Made by a program: the position numbers and the translations under genes. The notes beneath the pieces are model-generated. The model searched no databases. It was given only the letters and a program-made list of their open reading frames with translations, and was not told the origin of the DNA. Positions 41,685 through 54,317 of a stretch of DNA of 64,000 nt are shown in pieces; positions within the stretch are counted from its first letter, which is position 1, and the number at the start of each line of letters is the position of its first letter. Source of the DNA: Octopus vulgaris. Taxonomy: Eukaryota. The stretch is from positions 25,792,001 to 25,856,000 of the forward strand of contig OX597836.1 in NCBI GenBank assembly GCA_951406725.2. Direction: 5' to 3'.

Positions 41685-41728
41685 TAATAATAATAATAAT
41701 CACATCGAAAAATACTATTATTATTATT

Positions 41729-41780
<52 letters not shown>

Positions 41781-41782
<2 letters not shown>

Positions 41783-41997
41783 GACACGCGTACCCTTAAA
41801 GTAGTTCTCAGAGAGATTCAGCATGATACAGAATGTAACGAGGCCAGCCCTTTGAAATTCAGGTACCACCTGTTTTTGCCAGCTGAGTAACGTGAAGTAA
41901 AGCATCTTACTCAAGGACACGACGCGCCGCCGGGAATCGAACTCGCGAGTATAGGATCGTGAGGAGTCGAATATCCTAACCACCCAGCCACGTGCTT
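41781..41997 (-). mobile_element. SINE family B
   Basis: Reverse complement of the 28899 copy (acacgcgtaccctt...ttttgccagctgagt...ctcaaggacac...ccgggaatcgaactc). Confidence 0.8.
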
Positions 41998-42515
41998 TTA
42001 AGTTGTTTAGAATATTAATATAACTGAGTTTATGCAGACATTGATACCCGAGATGAAAAGCGGGGGTTGGGGGGGGGTACACTCCAGGAGTAACACTGGA
42101 GGGTTATCCAATTAATATCGGTCGTTATTAGCGTTTGGAGACATTGGACACATCTGATAGCTGGAGATGATTTCAGTAATTTTTCTCCTATTGAGTCCTG
42201 TTTTGTCACGTAATAGCAGTTAGCTTTATCTATTTGAGAGCTTGTATAACAAAATGCGTCATGTCTGTGAAATGCTTAGGTGTTACAGTTGCGTCTGACT
42301 ATAATTTATTGGTCTCCGTCTCTCCATTTCCCAAATTTCTTTCTGTCACTATTTCATCATTTACTAGCAACAACAACGACAACAACAACATCAACCCTGC
42401 CAACTCATCACCACCACCACCACCACCACCAACCAACTAACCAAATAACCGACCAATCAAATCCTTATCTCACATAATCTCTCGCCCACTTAAACACACG
42501 CTCGTGTATATATGT

Positions 42516-42560
<45 letters not shown>

Positions 42561-42574
42561 TATGTATGTATATA

Positions 42575-42721
<147 letters not shown>

Positions 42722-43065
42722 CATTACCTATAGCCATTTTACCAACCGTTTCTTAATGAGTTCCATCATATTTTCTCACCTGTTTCCCCCCCTCCCAACC
42801 CTCCATCAGTCTAATCTCGAGGAATTCCTCACTGAATTTCTCAATCACTATTCGACAATATTGCAATTAATTACTTCATTTAATTAATGATATTCACCTT
42901 TCAGCAAGGTGAACCTTAACACTGGTTGTCATTTATCTCTCCCACTTCTCCCCGCTCCTCTTCCTCCTCTCCATCCTCCTAGCCTTCATTAGAATGTCAC
43001 CTGCTCTGTATCTCTTTCTCTCCCTCTCTCCCTCTTCTTTCTCATTTTCTCCACTCACACAACAC

Positions 43066-43115
<50 letters not shown>

Positions 43116-43137
43116 CGCATATATATATATATAATAC

Positions 43138-43300
43138 TGTATGAAACATACACGAAGAGAAAACCATCATGTGGATTACTTACATGCTAAAAATAACAGT
43201 CAAGGCCGAAAACCACGAAAGAATATTCTTACATTAAAGCATGTTTTAGCATGTAAGAAAAATCCACATGGTGGTTTTCTCTACGTGTATGTTTCATACA
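43138..43300. repeat. Imperfect ~55-bp inverted repeat, 51-nt spacer
   Basis: tgtatgaaacatacacgaagagaaaaccatcatgtggatt..cttacatgctaaaa versus its reverse complement at 43244-43300. Confidence 0.9.
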
Positions 43301-44073
43301 CGATTATATCTTAAAATATTTATGTCTTCTGACTCTTATTATGCATTCTAGCCACTGATAAATAATTGTGCATGCGGCGTGTGTATTATTACAATGCTGC
43401 TCATGTAAGTATATCTTTGTATGTAACTAAAAGTTTAACCAAACTTTGAGCTCAATCACAAATGAGAGTAAAAAAAATAAAAATTCCAACTTGGAGATAT
43501 TTTGATAAAAAATGTATCTATTGACCATTTGCAACGCCACCCTACATGTCTGCAATCCGCATTGGGCTTGTGGCAAAGACACTTATACACTCAGATTTCA
43601 AATAGCTCAGAGCACTTAGCCATACATGTGTACCACCGTGTAGGAATATCTCGCTTCTAGAAGTAGTAACAGCGGTATGAAATGCAACAAGGGTTCCATT
43701 AGCGTTTAGGGTTGAGCTCGGTCTTTCTGAGAGAACCTTAAAGAAAAGGGCTTTCTACTAGGGTTGTATGTTGTAGAAAGACAAGATACTGAAGTAGAAC
43801 TCCTGTGGTTTATTCGGAGGGTCCTGTGATTCGGGGCAATGATGATGCTTTTATGTGGTCGTTTGAACTGCTAGTACTAATAGCTAAATCTCCTCAGTGA
43901 TTGGAACCTGCTGTCTTAAGAAAGATTGGTGCATTAGCTACTGTGGTACTTGATAACATGTGCTTGATAAACAAAAATACATATGGGATGGTCACAACGG
44001 GAATGTCTTTAACTGTAGGTTTGAATAATCAAGGATTCCCTACTATTTAATTCCGATTATAGTTTATTAATAA

Positions 44074-44950
44074 CGGTTTCAAATTTTGGTACAATCCCAG
44101 CAAATTTAAGGGAAAAGTGAGTCGGTGAGACCAGTCCCAGTGTTTAACTGGTACTTATTTTATCGACCCCAAAAAGAAAGACAAAGTCGACCTCGGCGGA
44201 ATTTGAATTCGAAACATAAAAACCGGAAAAAATGCCACTAAGCATTTTATTCGCCGTGCTAACGACTCGGCCAGCCCGGTAACTCACAGTTAATTAATAA
44301 TTAACACCTAAGCTTCAGCACATCTTGTTCTAATCTCCAGTTAAACCCTGATTAAGAAATTCTTTGGTCAATGGTATTCTAAATCTGACCGACCACTATG
44401 TCCCACATCCTTCTCCTTTGAAGATTGCAGAGTGTAATTCGAGTGAGATTTGTGCACTATTTCAGGCAGGTAAAGTGAACGTATAAAGGATTACCATTTG
44501 GTCAGATTAATGCCCAATATATAACCTTTTCTACTCTAGGCACAAGGCTCAAAATTTTGGGGGAGGGGGCCAGTCAATTAGATCGACATCAGTACGCAAC
44601 TGGTACTTATTTAATCGACCCCGAAAGGATGAATGGCAAAGTCGACCTCAGCGGAATTTGAACTCAGAACGTAGCGGCAGACGACATACCGCTAAGCATT
44701 TCACCTGGCGTGCTAACGTTGCTGCTAGCTCAGCTCCTTACAGGTATGATTAAAATAAAATGACAAATTATCGCGATGTGGTTGCAGAATCGTTAGCGCA
44801 GCGGGCAAAATAATTATTGGCATTTCGTACGTCCTTGACGTTCATAGTTCAATTTCCTCCTACGTCGACTTTGCCTTTTATCCTTTCTGGGGGTCAATTA
44901 GATAAGTACCAGTTGAACTGTGGGGGGTCAATGTAATCGACTTACCACCT
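44074..44950. mobile_element. Three SINE family A copies (44074-44280 -, 44525-44735 -, 44775-44950 +)
   Basis: Central-domain matches. Confidence 0.8.
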
Positions 44951-45282
44951 TCCACGAACCACATGGTAATGCACTCAAAAATTTATAAGCAATATAAAAA
45001 GGTAACTTATTGTTTTTTATTTTTCTCTGATTATTGTGTGATAAATTTTTAATTTTAAAATATATTTAAGAAAAATCAAAAAAAAATCTCCATTTGAAGG
45101 GCGCCAGTAATTTCATGTTTGATCTTTAGTGCGCTGGGAAGTTAAAATGATTGAGAATCGTTGCCTCAGAGTCATGTGAGTCTATCCGCTTTGAACAGAA
45201 GTGAACATCCCCCGGAGAGCAAGGAAAATGGACACAGAAGAGCATTAAGTTCAATTACTCAACAGGAACGCTATTTATTTAA

Positions 45283-45292
45283 ACACACACAC

Positions 45293-45340
<48 letters not shown>

Positions 45341-45538
45341 ACACACATGCACATACACACACACACATACACACACACATGCACATACACACACATACAC
45401 CTACACACACATACACATACACACATACACACACACATACACATACACATACACACACATACACATACACACACACATACACATACGCACACACACATAC
45501 ACACACACATACACATACACACACACACATACACACAC

Positions 45539-45575
<37 letters not shown>

Positions 45576-46185
45576 TACACATACACATACACATTCCCTT
45601 GTCTACTCTCTCGTCGTTTTCTCGCCTATTCTTTCTCACTCCTTTTCTGACATCTTTCCTCTCTAATTCACTCTATTGTCCTCCCTCTCTCATTTTCGTT
45701 TTGCTCTCTGTCATTCTCTCTCGTTCTCCCTATCTTTCTAGTTCTTTCTCCCTCTCTCTCTCTCACTCGTTCTCCCTTCGTTTGCTCTTTCTTTTTCTCT
45801 CTTTCATCCCTTCTCTCCTCCTCTGTCATTCTCGTTCATTCTGTCCCTCGTTCTTCCTTCCCTCGTTCTTCCTTCCCTCGTTCTTGCTCTCCTTTTCTCT
45901 CTCTTCTTCTGCGTCTCTTTTGTTCTCTCTCTCTCTTTCTCTCTCACTCGTTCTCCTCTCGTTTGCTCTTTCTCTTTCTCTCTTTCGTTCCTTCTCTCCT
46001 CCTCTTTCATCCTTGTTCTCGTTTTCTCTCTCTTTTTCTACCTCTCTTTGGTCCTCTCTCTCCCTTCTCACTCCCCCTTCTCTCTCCCCTTCTCTCTCTC
46101 ATTCTCTCTCACCCCTTCTCTCTCTCCTTCTCTCTTTCTCCTTCTCTCTCTCCCCTTCTCTCTCTCCCCTTCTATCTCTCTCTCT
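45283..46185. repeat. (CA/CATACA)n followed by a ~580-bp polypyrimidine (CT-rich) tract
   Basis: Direct reading. Confidence 0.9.
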
Positions 46186-46729
46186 TACATATACGCATAC
46201 ACCATATAAATACATACATAGATACATACGAACAAATATACATGCACACACACACACACAAAATAATCAAAATTTAGAAAAAAATAGTAAAACAAAAAGA
46301 ACTGAAAGGATATCAAAGACGGATCTGAAGCAATTAATGGCGTAGAAACAATGCTTTAGCAAAGAGAAGAAATATAACATAATATAATATAATATAATAT
46401 AATATAATATAATATAATATAATATAATATAATGTAATGTGGTATATATACATGTATGCCTGTACACACATGCGCACAGATGAGTAAATAAACGTACGAC
46501 GAAAAAAACTAATAGATGTATAAAGATATTTGATCGTTTAATTTGTGAGCATTTAATAGCTTAATAGAATAAATCTCATTTGCATATCTGACAACCTTTT
46601 AGAAATCTCGTTTAAAGTACGCCGCGCTAATCTAAATAGATTCACCCGTCCACTTTGAGGAACGCCGCCATTTGGAAATGAATCCACGCGAGAAATCTTT
46701 ATCATTGCCATCGACGTTGCCGTCGCTGT

Positions 46730-46756
46730 CGTTGTTGTAGTTGTTGTTGTTGTTGT

Positions 46757-46790
<34 letters not shown>

Positions 46791-46819
46791 GATGATGATG
46801 ATGATGATGATGGTGATGG

Positions 46820-46891
<72 letters not shown>

Positions 46892-47014
46892 CGATGAAGA
46901 TGATGGTGATGATCATGATAATGATGATAATGATGATGACGATGAAGATGATGATGATGATGATGATGATAATGATGATGATGATGATGACGATGATGGT
47001 GATGATTATGATGG

Positions 47015-47060
<46 letters not shown>

Positions 47061-47092
47061 GATGATGATTGTAATGATGGCGATGATGATGG

Positions 47093-47130
<38 letters not shown>

Positions 47131-47232
47131 GTGATGATTATGTAATTATTATTTAGGTCCAAGGTCAACAATGATCCGTTTTCTATCATGTACAAGCGAT
47201 AATGATGTTGATAGTGATGATGATGATGGTGT

Positions 47233-47291
<59 letters not shown>

Positions 47292-47416
47292 GTGATGATT
47301 ATGATGATGATGATGGTGATGATGATTATGTAATTATTCTTTAGGTCCAAGGTCAACAATGATCCATTTTCTATCATGTATAAGCGATAATGATGTTGAT
47401 AGTGATGATGATGATT

Positions 47417-47493
<77 letters not shown>

Positions 47494-47515
47494 GGTGGTG
47501 GTGGTGGTGGTGGTT
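46730..47515. repeat. (GAT)n array containing a ~186-bp-period tandem duplication
   Basis: The unique block tgtaattatt.tttaggtccaaggtcaacaatgatcc.ttttctatcatgta.aagcgataatgatgttgatagtg occurs at ~47141 and ~47329. Confidence 0.9.
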
Positions 47516-47758
47516 GTGGGCATAGTGTTAAAGTGTTAGGTGGTAGTCATGGTGGACCGGACACAATGCTTTGTAGCACTTGTCCATGCTTTTATGTTCC
47601 GAGTCCACATCTCGAAGAGATGCGAACAGAGCATTTTTTTCTTCTTCATCTTCCTTTCATCCTTTCCAAGTCGATAAAAATCGAGCCCGCGCCAAACACT
47701 TGGTGGCTTTAATCGATTAATTCTTCCAACAAAATTTTTGACTTTATGCCAATCAATG

Positions 47759-48010
<252 letters not shown>

Positions 48011-48043
48011 TTTTATGTTATATATACATAATACGTACTTACG

Positions 48044-48077
<34 letters not shown>

Positions 48078-48089
48078 CTCTTTTTATTA

Positions 48090-48300
48090 TCTTTACTCTT
48101 TTACTTGTTTCAGTCATTTGACTGTGGCTATGCTGAAGCACCGCCTTTAGTCGAGCAAATCGACCCCAGGACTTATTCTTTGTAAGCCTAGTACTTATTC
48201 TATCGATCTCTTTTGCCGAACCGATTAGTTACGGGGACGAAAATACACCAGCATCGATTGTCAAGCGATGTTGGGGGGACAAACACTGGCACACAAACAT
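48090..48300 (-). mobile_element. SINE family D 3' half
   Basis: tactcttttacttgtttcagtcatttgactgtggctatgctgaagcaccgcc...ttgtcaagcgatgttgggggg. Confidence 0.85.
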
Positions 48301-48306
48301 ATACAC

Positions 48307-48362
<56 letters not shown>

Positions 48363-49396
48363 CGGCAACCGAAATACTGCTAACGATTCTGTCAGCTCGC
48401 CTAATGAACAACATTAGCTCGCCTAATGAACAATTAATAAAAGAAATATTTCAATTGGTGTAACGAATAATTTTGAAGACATCCGTTGCAGCAATTACGT
48501 TTATTGTGAAGAAAATTGTTAAATCTTTCAAACATTAAATGCATTAAAGCTAATCTTACCTGTATCATAGCCACAAATCAAAACTTTGGATTTAACACAG
48601 TTCCCAGAAAAAGACAGTTGAAAAAATTATGCAAAACCAAACAGTGTTTCGTTGTTTCAGGATCTAACCCAAGAGGAAACATTGGAAAAATATTTGTATG
48701 TTTTAAAAACGAACTACTATCAGGAGCAGAACTATAAAATATTTAAGGAGAAATTCTCTCTTCAAAAATGAAGAAAGTTATAGCCATATCTGCTCCATTT
48801 CTAAAAACGAAGGCTCCGGGTGTTGATAAAATATACTGGAAACGATGTTGAGTGAATCCATGGCCGGTCGTCCACTTTACATCCCACTATGGGTTGACAC
48901 GGGCAACATTTGGTCGGGAAGGAATGGCAAAATGGATTTGCAAGTTCTTACAGCCTGCGGGGGCCACAAAGCTAAACCGAAATGGTTTCATTTGAGAGCG
49001 CCGAGACATTAAAACGTGAGTTAGATAAGGAAGAGGATCGGTTTCTGTCGTTACATGTCATAGTAAGAGCTACTCTATGATCTTTTGCCCTCAAGAATCT
49101 GAAAGATTACAGGATGAAAAATAAAAGACACGAGACCAGCCCAGGTAGCACCAAGAGCAGTAACCCCCCACCCCCACCTCACCCCAGTTTCCAAGGCCCC
49201 TGTCAATAAACTTTTGTATTTTAATCACCTCTTGAAGAATAAAAGCTAAAAATTACGTAAGCATCTATAATTACCTGTTTCCAACTGAAGAGTGCGCATG
49301 CGTATGTGCGTGAGTATGTGTGTGTGTGTCCGTATCTATATGTCACTGTATGAATAATCGTCTTACGAATACTCTCTCCCTCCCTCCCCTCTCTAT

Positions 49397-49433
<37 letters not shown>

Positions 49434-49438
49434 CATCC

Positions 49439-49481
<43 letters not shown>

Positions 49482-49507
49482 AATCTATCTATCTATCTAT
49501 CTAGCTA

Positions 49508-49604
<97 letters not shown>

Positions 49605-49960
49605 TTATCTGTCTGTCTGTCTCTCTCCTCCTGTATTAATGTTCATATGTGCGTAGCTGACTATTGACCACATTTGTGTGAATACTTGATGATTACCATT
49701 CAGACATTTATGCATGCGTGTTGTTACGAATATTTATAGAAAATTATTATATATGTGTGTGTACACACACACACATACACATGTATTTATACACGCAAGC
49801 TTGTAAACATATAAGCGCATGTAGGCACATATATGTACATTCATGCAAAATGCACACATGCATACATACTTACATACACACACAATTTCACTCATATCCA
49901 AACAACATATACATGCCCGTACGTATGACTACTAGCGCGCGTATAATATAGTATAGTATA

Positions 49961-50047
<87 letters not shown>

Positions 50048-50094
50048 CATATATATATACATACATATATGTATTATATATACATATATATATT

Positions 50095-50125
<31 letters not shown>

Positions 50126-50133
50126 GTATTTAG

Positions 50134-50199
<66 letters not shown>

Positions 50200-50609
50200 T
50201 TATGTATATATATGCATGTGTATTTATGCATGTTTTATATGACAAACATGTCTTAACTTGCAGAAAATTCAGAGGCGAAAGTCATTAAAGGCGTTATTGC
50301 TGACGATACCAATGGCAACAGTAACCATATAGACACGCGTGAAAGCATCAAGGAAGTGGGATCGATCTCGTGTCGGGCAATGGTGCGTGTAAGTCAACTC
50401 CAGCAACAACGATAATGGCAAATATAGTCGTATCAAATATTGGCGAAAAAATAGCGATGCCAAATTTTAATCGCACCACAGGAACACAAACCAACGATAG
50501 AGTCCTATGAGGTCGATGGACTTGCTAGAAATAGCATCCAAGTTAGTTTAGGAAAGTGATGAACGCTAATAAGGTCTAATGAGTCACTCTCGAAACTACG
50601 GCTAACGGG

Positions 50610-51342
50610 CGCTGGTGTAGATTTTCATGGCGTTAACTTGACTGACTGTACAGGACGATAGCCATTGAACAGGACTCTAATCCATCACTGAGTTGACTCC
50701 AGTCCCAACTGGGACGCACTTTCAACTGAGTGAAATCGAGTAACATAAAAATGAATACTTGGTTCAACAGTCCGCCTGAGTCGATCCCTCGAGCTAACGA
50801 TTGTGAGTCACTCACCCTTAACCACTGGACCATGGTCTTGCATTTTGTAATTATAGGCTGTAGAAAATAATTTATATAGTTCTACTTTCATATTCCTTAC
50901 AGCTAAAAGACGGCGAGCTGCCAGAATCGTTAACGGGCCGGGCAAAATGCTTATCGGTATTTCTTTCGGCTCTGAGTTCAAATGCCGCAACGGGCGACTT
51001 TGCCTTTTCATCCTTTCGGTGGTATGGGTCAATTAAACAAGTACCATGGGTCGATGTAATCGATTTAACCCCCGCCTCTGAAACTATTGCCATTTGAAAT
51101 CAGTATTTCTTAATGTTAAGGCAGCGAGCTGGCTGAATCGTTTCCATGCCGGAAAAAAATGCTTAACGGCATAACCTTTAGGTCTTTACGTTCTGAGATC
51201 AAATGCCACAACGGTCGATTTTGCCTTTCATTATTTGAAGGCCAATTAAACAAGTACCAGTTGAGCAGTAAATTCGATATAATTAGCTTAACCCCGCCTC
51301 CCCCGAAATTGCTGGCCTTGTGCCAAAATTTGAAATCAATAT
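50610..51342. mobile_element. SINE family B (50610-50835 -) and two family A copies (50910-51100, 51117-51342 +)
   Basis: Matches to other copies in the window. Confidence 0.75.
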
Positions 51343-51870
51343 GTGTTAATGTTGACCAAGCGTTGCACGCAATATCGACGTACTCGCATCGAGACGAAGC
51401 GCACAATTCTTCCAGCTTACTAAACACTGCGTGCAGAAAGAAAGTCAGATATTTGAACCGTTATTTGCCGTCAGCCATTCAACAATTTCTCGAGTAATTA
51501 ACCATGCTCGGTAGGAGCACGGTCAATAGTTGATGTAGAGGTAGACCGTGTCGGTGATGACAAATTGAGAGTAGTTGTCTATGTATCACCTACTGCGATC
51601 TATACCTCTTCCACATACCGGTCACGGAGGTCAGTGCATGTCAGGGAGATCACGAGGAATTGATCGCTGGCATGGTGGCGAAACGCGGAGGAACTTTAAC
51701 CGTGATCGAAGGAAATCAAGTAGAAACGATATGATTGATCGGCGTAAGAGGCATTGTGGTTAAGCGGAGAAACCTTAGAATTTAACAAGATTAGGAGTTA
51801 CGTGTGATGTGGCGAGGTTACACGCGATTGTTAAATTGTGGTATGATGCTTTCTTTCATATATATAATAA

Positions 51871-51913
<43 letters not shown>

Positions 51914-51982
51914 TTATTTTATAGAAGGAGCTTCTACAGGACTATGAATCTTTGAGCGAGAATTAAACAGTAGCAGCACGAC

Positions 51983-52130
51983 ATCATGAAGTGTATTTGC
52001 CACCTAAATATGGCTAACCCTTAAGGGTCGAAGCTACTGTAGCTTGTAGATGTCTTCCTAGGGCTACAAGCTACAGTAGCATCTACCCTTAAGGGTTAGC
52101 CATATTTAGGTGGCAAATATACTTCATGAT
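51983..52130. repeat. 67-bp inverted repeat, 14-nt spacer, 3 mismatches
   Basis: Arms 51983-52049 and 52064-52130. Confidence 0.95.
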
Positions 52131-52151
52131 ATATTTGTGTGTGTATATGTG

Positions 52152-52229
<78 letters not shown>

Positions 52230-52410
52230 TTTTATATAATTAGGGTTCAGCAAAAAAATCGCTTTACCACACACCGAACTTTTAGAAATAGCAACCAAAG
52301 AATTTAGCTATTTCTTCTACTTTAAGAAGAGTCTCCCAGATAATGTATACTCACACATACACACACATACGCACACAGACAACACACACACACACACACA
52401 TATAAATATA

Positions 52411-52900
52411 TGGATTCTGAGGACATTCAGAACCAGGAAAAATGAAGGCCCTGCAACTCCTCTGGAGGACTTTTGTTCTCAGCCGCTTGGACTACTGCTC
52501 TCAACTATGGTTCCCAGAGAGTATTAAACAAACTGTGGAACACTCGAAGCAATCCAGCGCCAATACACAAAGAAGACTGACTCGATGTAAAAGATGGGCT
52601 ACTGAGAGAGACGAGAGAGATATGCGGTAATATATATTTGGAAGATCTTAGCGGGTTTAACTCCCAATTTTGGAATTGACAGTTATACTCATCCTCGAAC
52701 TGGACGGCACTGCATCACACCAAAGATCCCGTCTTCTCCATCAAAAATAAGGACATAGTACTGCAATAGATTGGGTTTCAAAGGCCCGCAATTGTTCATC
52801 ATCCTTCCAGGCAACCTTAGAGATCTAAATGATGCTGATGTGGAAGTTTTCAAGGACCGTCTGGAGAATTTTCTATCTGAGATGAACGCACATTGCAGCA
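52411..52900 (+). mobile_element. CR1/L2-group LINE ORF2 C-terminal fragment
   Basis: WILRTFRTR, LLWRTFVLSRLDYCSQLW, RERYAVIYIWKILAGLTPN, FKGPQLFIILPGNLRDL and VFKDRLENFL, frameshifted. Confidence 0.8.
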
Positions 52901-52948
52901 GGAGACGCAAAGAGCAGCTCCGTCTCGCTACTTTACCAAAAACAATAC

Positions 52949-53182
52949 ATATTTCTTTACTACCAACAAGGGGCTAAACACAGAGGGGACAAACAAGGAC
53001 AGACAAACGGATTAAGTCGATTACATCGATCCCAGTGCGTAACTGGTACTTAATTTATTGACCCCGAAAGGATGAAAGGCAAAGTCGACCTCGGCGGAAT
53101 TTGAACTCGAAACGTAACGGCAGACGAAATACGGCTACGCATTTCGCCCGGCGTGCTAACGTTTCTGCCAGCTCTTCGCCTA
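52949..53182 (-). mobile_element. Young full-length SINE family A
   Basis: 16-bp TSD ttaccaaaaacaatac at 52933-52948 and 53183-53198. Nearly identical to the 32236 copy. Confidence 0.93.
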
Positions 53183-53259
53183 TTACCAAAAACAATACCG
53201 GAACCAACACCGAGTTACTGCAGGTGGTGCACCAGCATGACCTCAGTCCCGAGATGAAA

Positions 53260-53679
53260 CCAGTTCAGTCCATTTTCACTGAAGATTTGGATATGAGACG
53301 CGTGTCTGCCAAGTTTGTGCCAAAACTGCTTTCAGTTGACCAAAAAGACAGTCGGGTTTCTGTTGCACAAAAGCTTGTTGTGTCGAGAACGGTGAAAGTT
53401 TTTTGAAAACTTTGTGTAGGCCTCTGAGCAGGTATCGCGAAGCTTTTGGCAAAATTTGATGCAGATCCTCTGCTCAACTTTTTCTGTCATAATCAATGAG
53501 AGAATCACAGGTTACACACCTTCCTTCCAAGCACTGCTGTAAACAGCGGAAGCTAGCTAGAACATTGAAACTTAGTGCGTATGCACAGCAGAGTTCAAGA
53601 TCAATGTGGGCTCAGCAGCATCACTCTGCGTGCTTCGTTACTATAGCAACAGTCCGGATACTTATTGATCAGGCTAGTA
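53260..53679. mobile_element. Rearranged mariner remnant
   Basis: Minus strand from 53490: MTEKVEQRICIKFCQKLRDTCSEAYTKF, downstream of a TIR-like end at 53679. Plus strand ~53265-53385: QSIFTEDLDMRRVSAKFVPKLLSVDQKDSRV, a WVPREL-type motif. Confidence 0.75.
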
Positions 53680-53681
53680 CA

Positions 53682-53698
53682 TAGATAGAAAGATAGAT

Positions 53699-53753
<55 letters not shown>

Positions 53754-53809
53754 CAGAGAGAGAGAGATAGAGAGAGACATAGATAGATAGATAGATAGAT
53801 AGATAGTTA

Positions 53810-53897
<88 letters not shown>
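53682..53897. repeat. (GATA)n microsatellite
   Basis: Direct reading. Similar tracts at 16236-16316, 49392-49608, 50133-50198 and 62751-63117. Confidence 0.95.
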
Positions 53898-53898
<1 letters not shown>

Positions 53899-54317
53899 GG
53901 CAATACTTAGCTAACTACACATACACGCACACACACACACACACTCATATATATCTATATACATATATATATAACTTGCTTTTGATACGTGGAGATTTGA
54001 TACAAACAATATTTTCCCCTCTTCTGACAGCTGTCTAAATGGGTTATAAAATGATAAGGGTTTCATGTGCCTGTGAGATTTAACGAATAGATGTTACGAT
54101 CAATTCTGAATTCGTCATATACCAATTTTCAATTTGTCTTATATATATATATATATATCAGTGTTTCGATATATCATAGTGTTTGAAACATCAAAGACAC
54201 ACTGATGTCATTTACATCAAAAGTTCGCAACTAAGCAATTATAAAAGTTTTTCGTCGTTATTTGAAGAGGTTTGGGAATAAATAATTAGCCGGGTCTCGT
54301 AGGAAAGTGATTTGTCA

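Noticed and set aside
51360-51840. GC-richer unique segment with minus-strand TVKVPP (gag-like)
   Set aside because: Single weak motif, with no LTR, primer-binding site or sustained ORF seen
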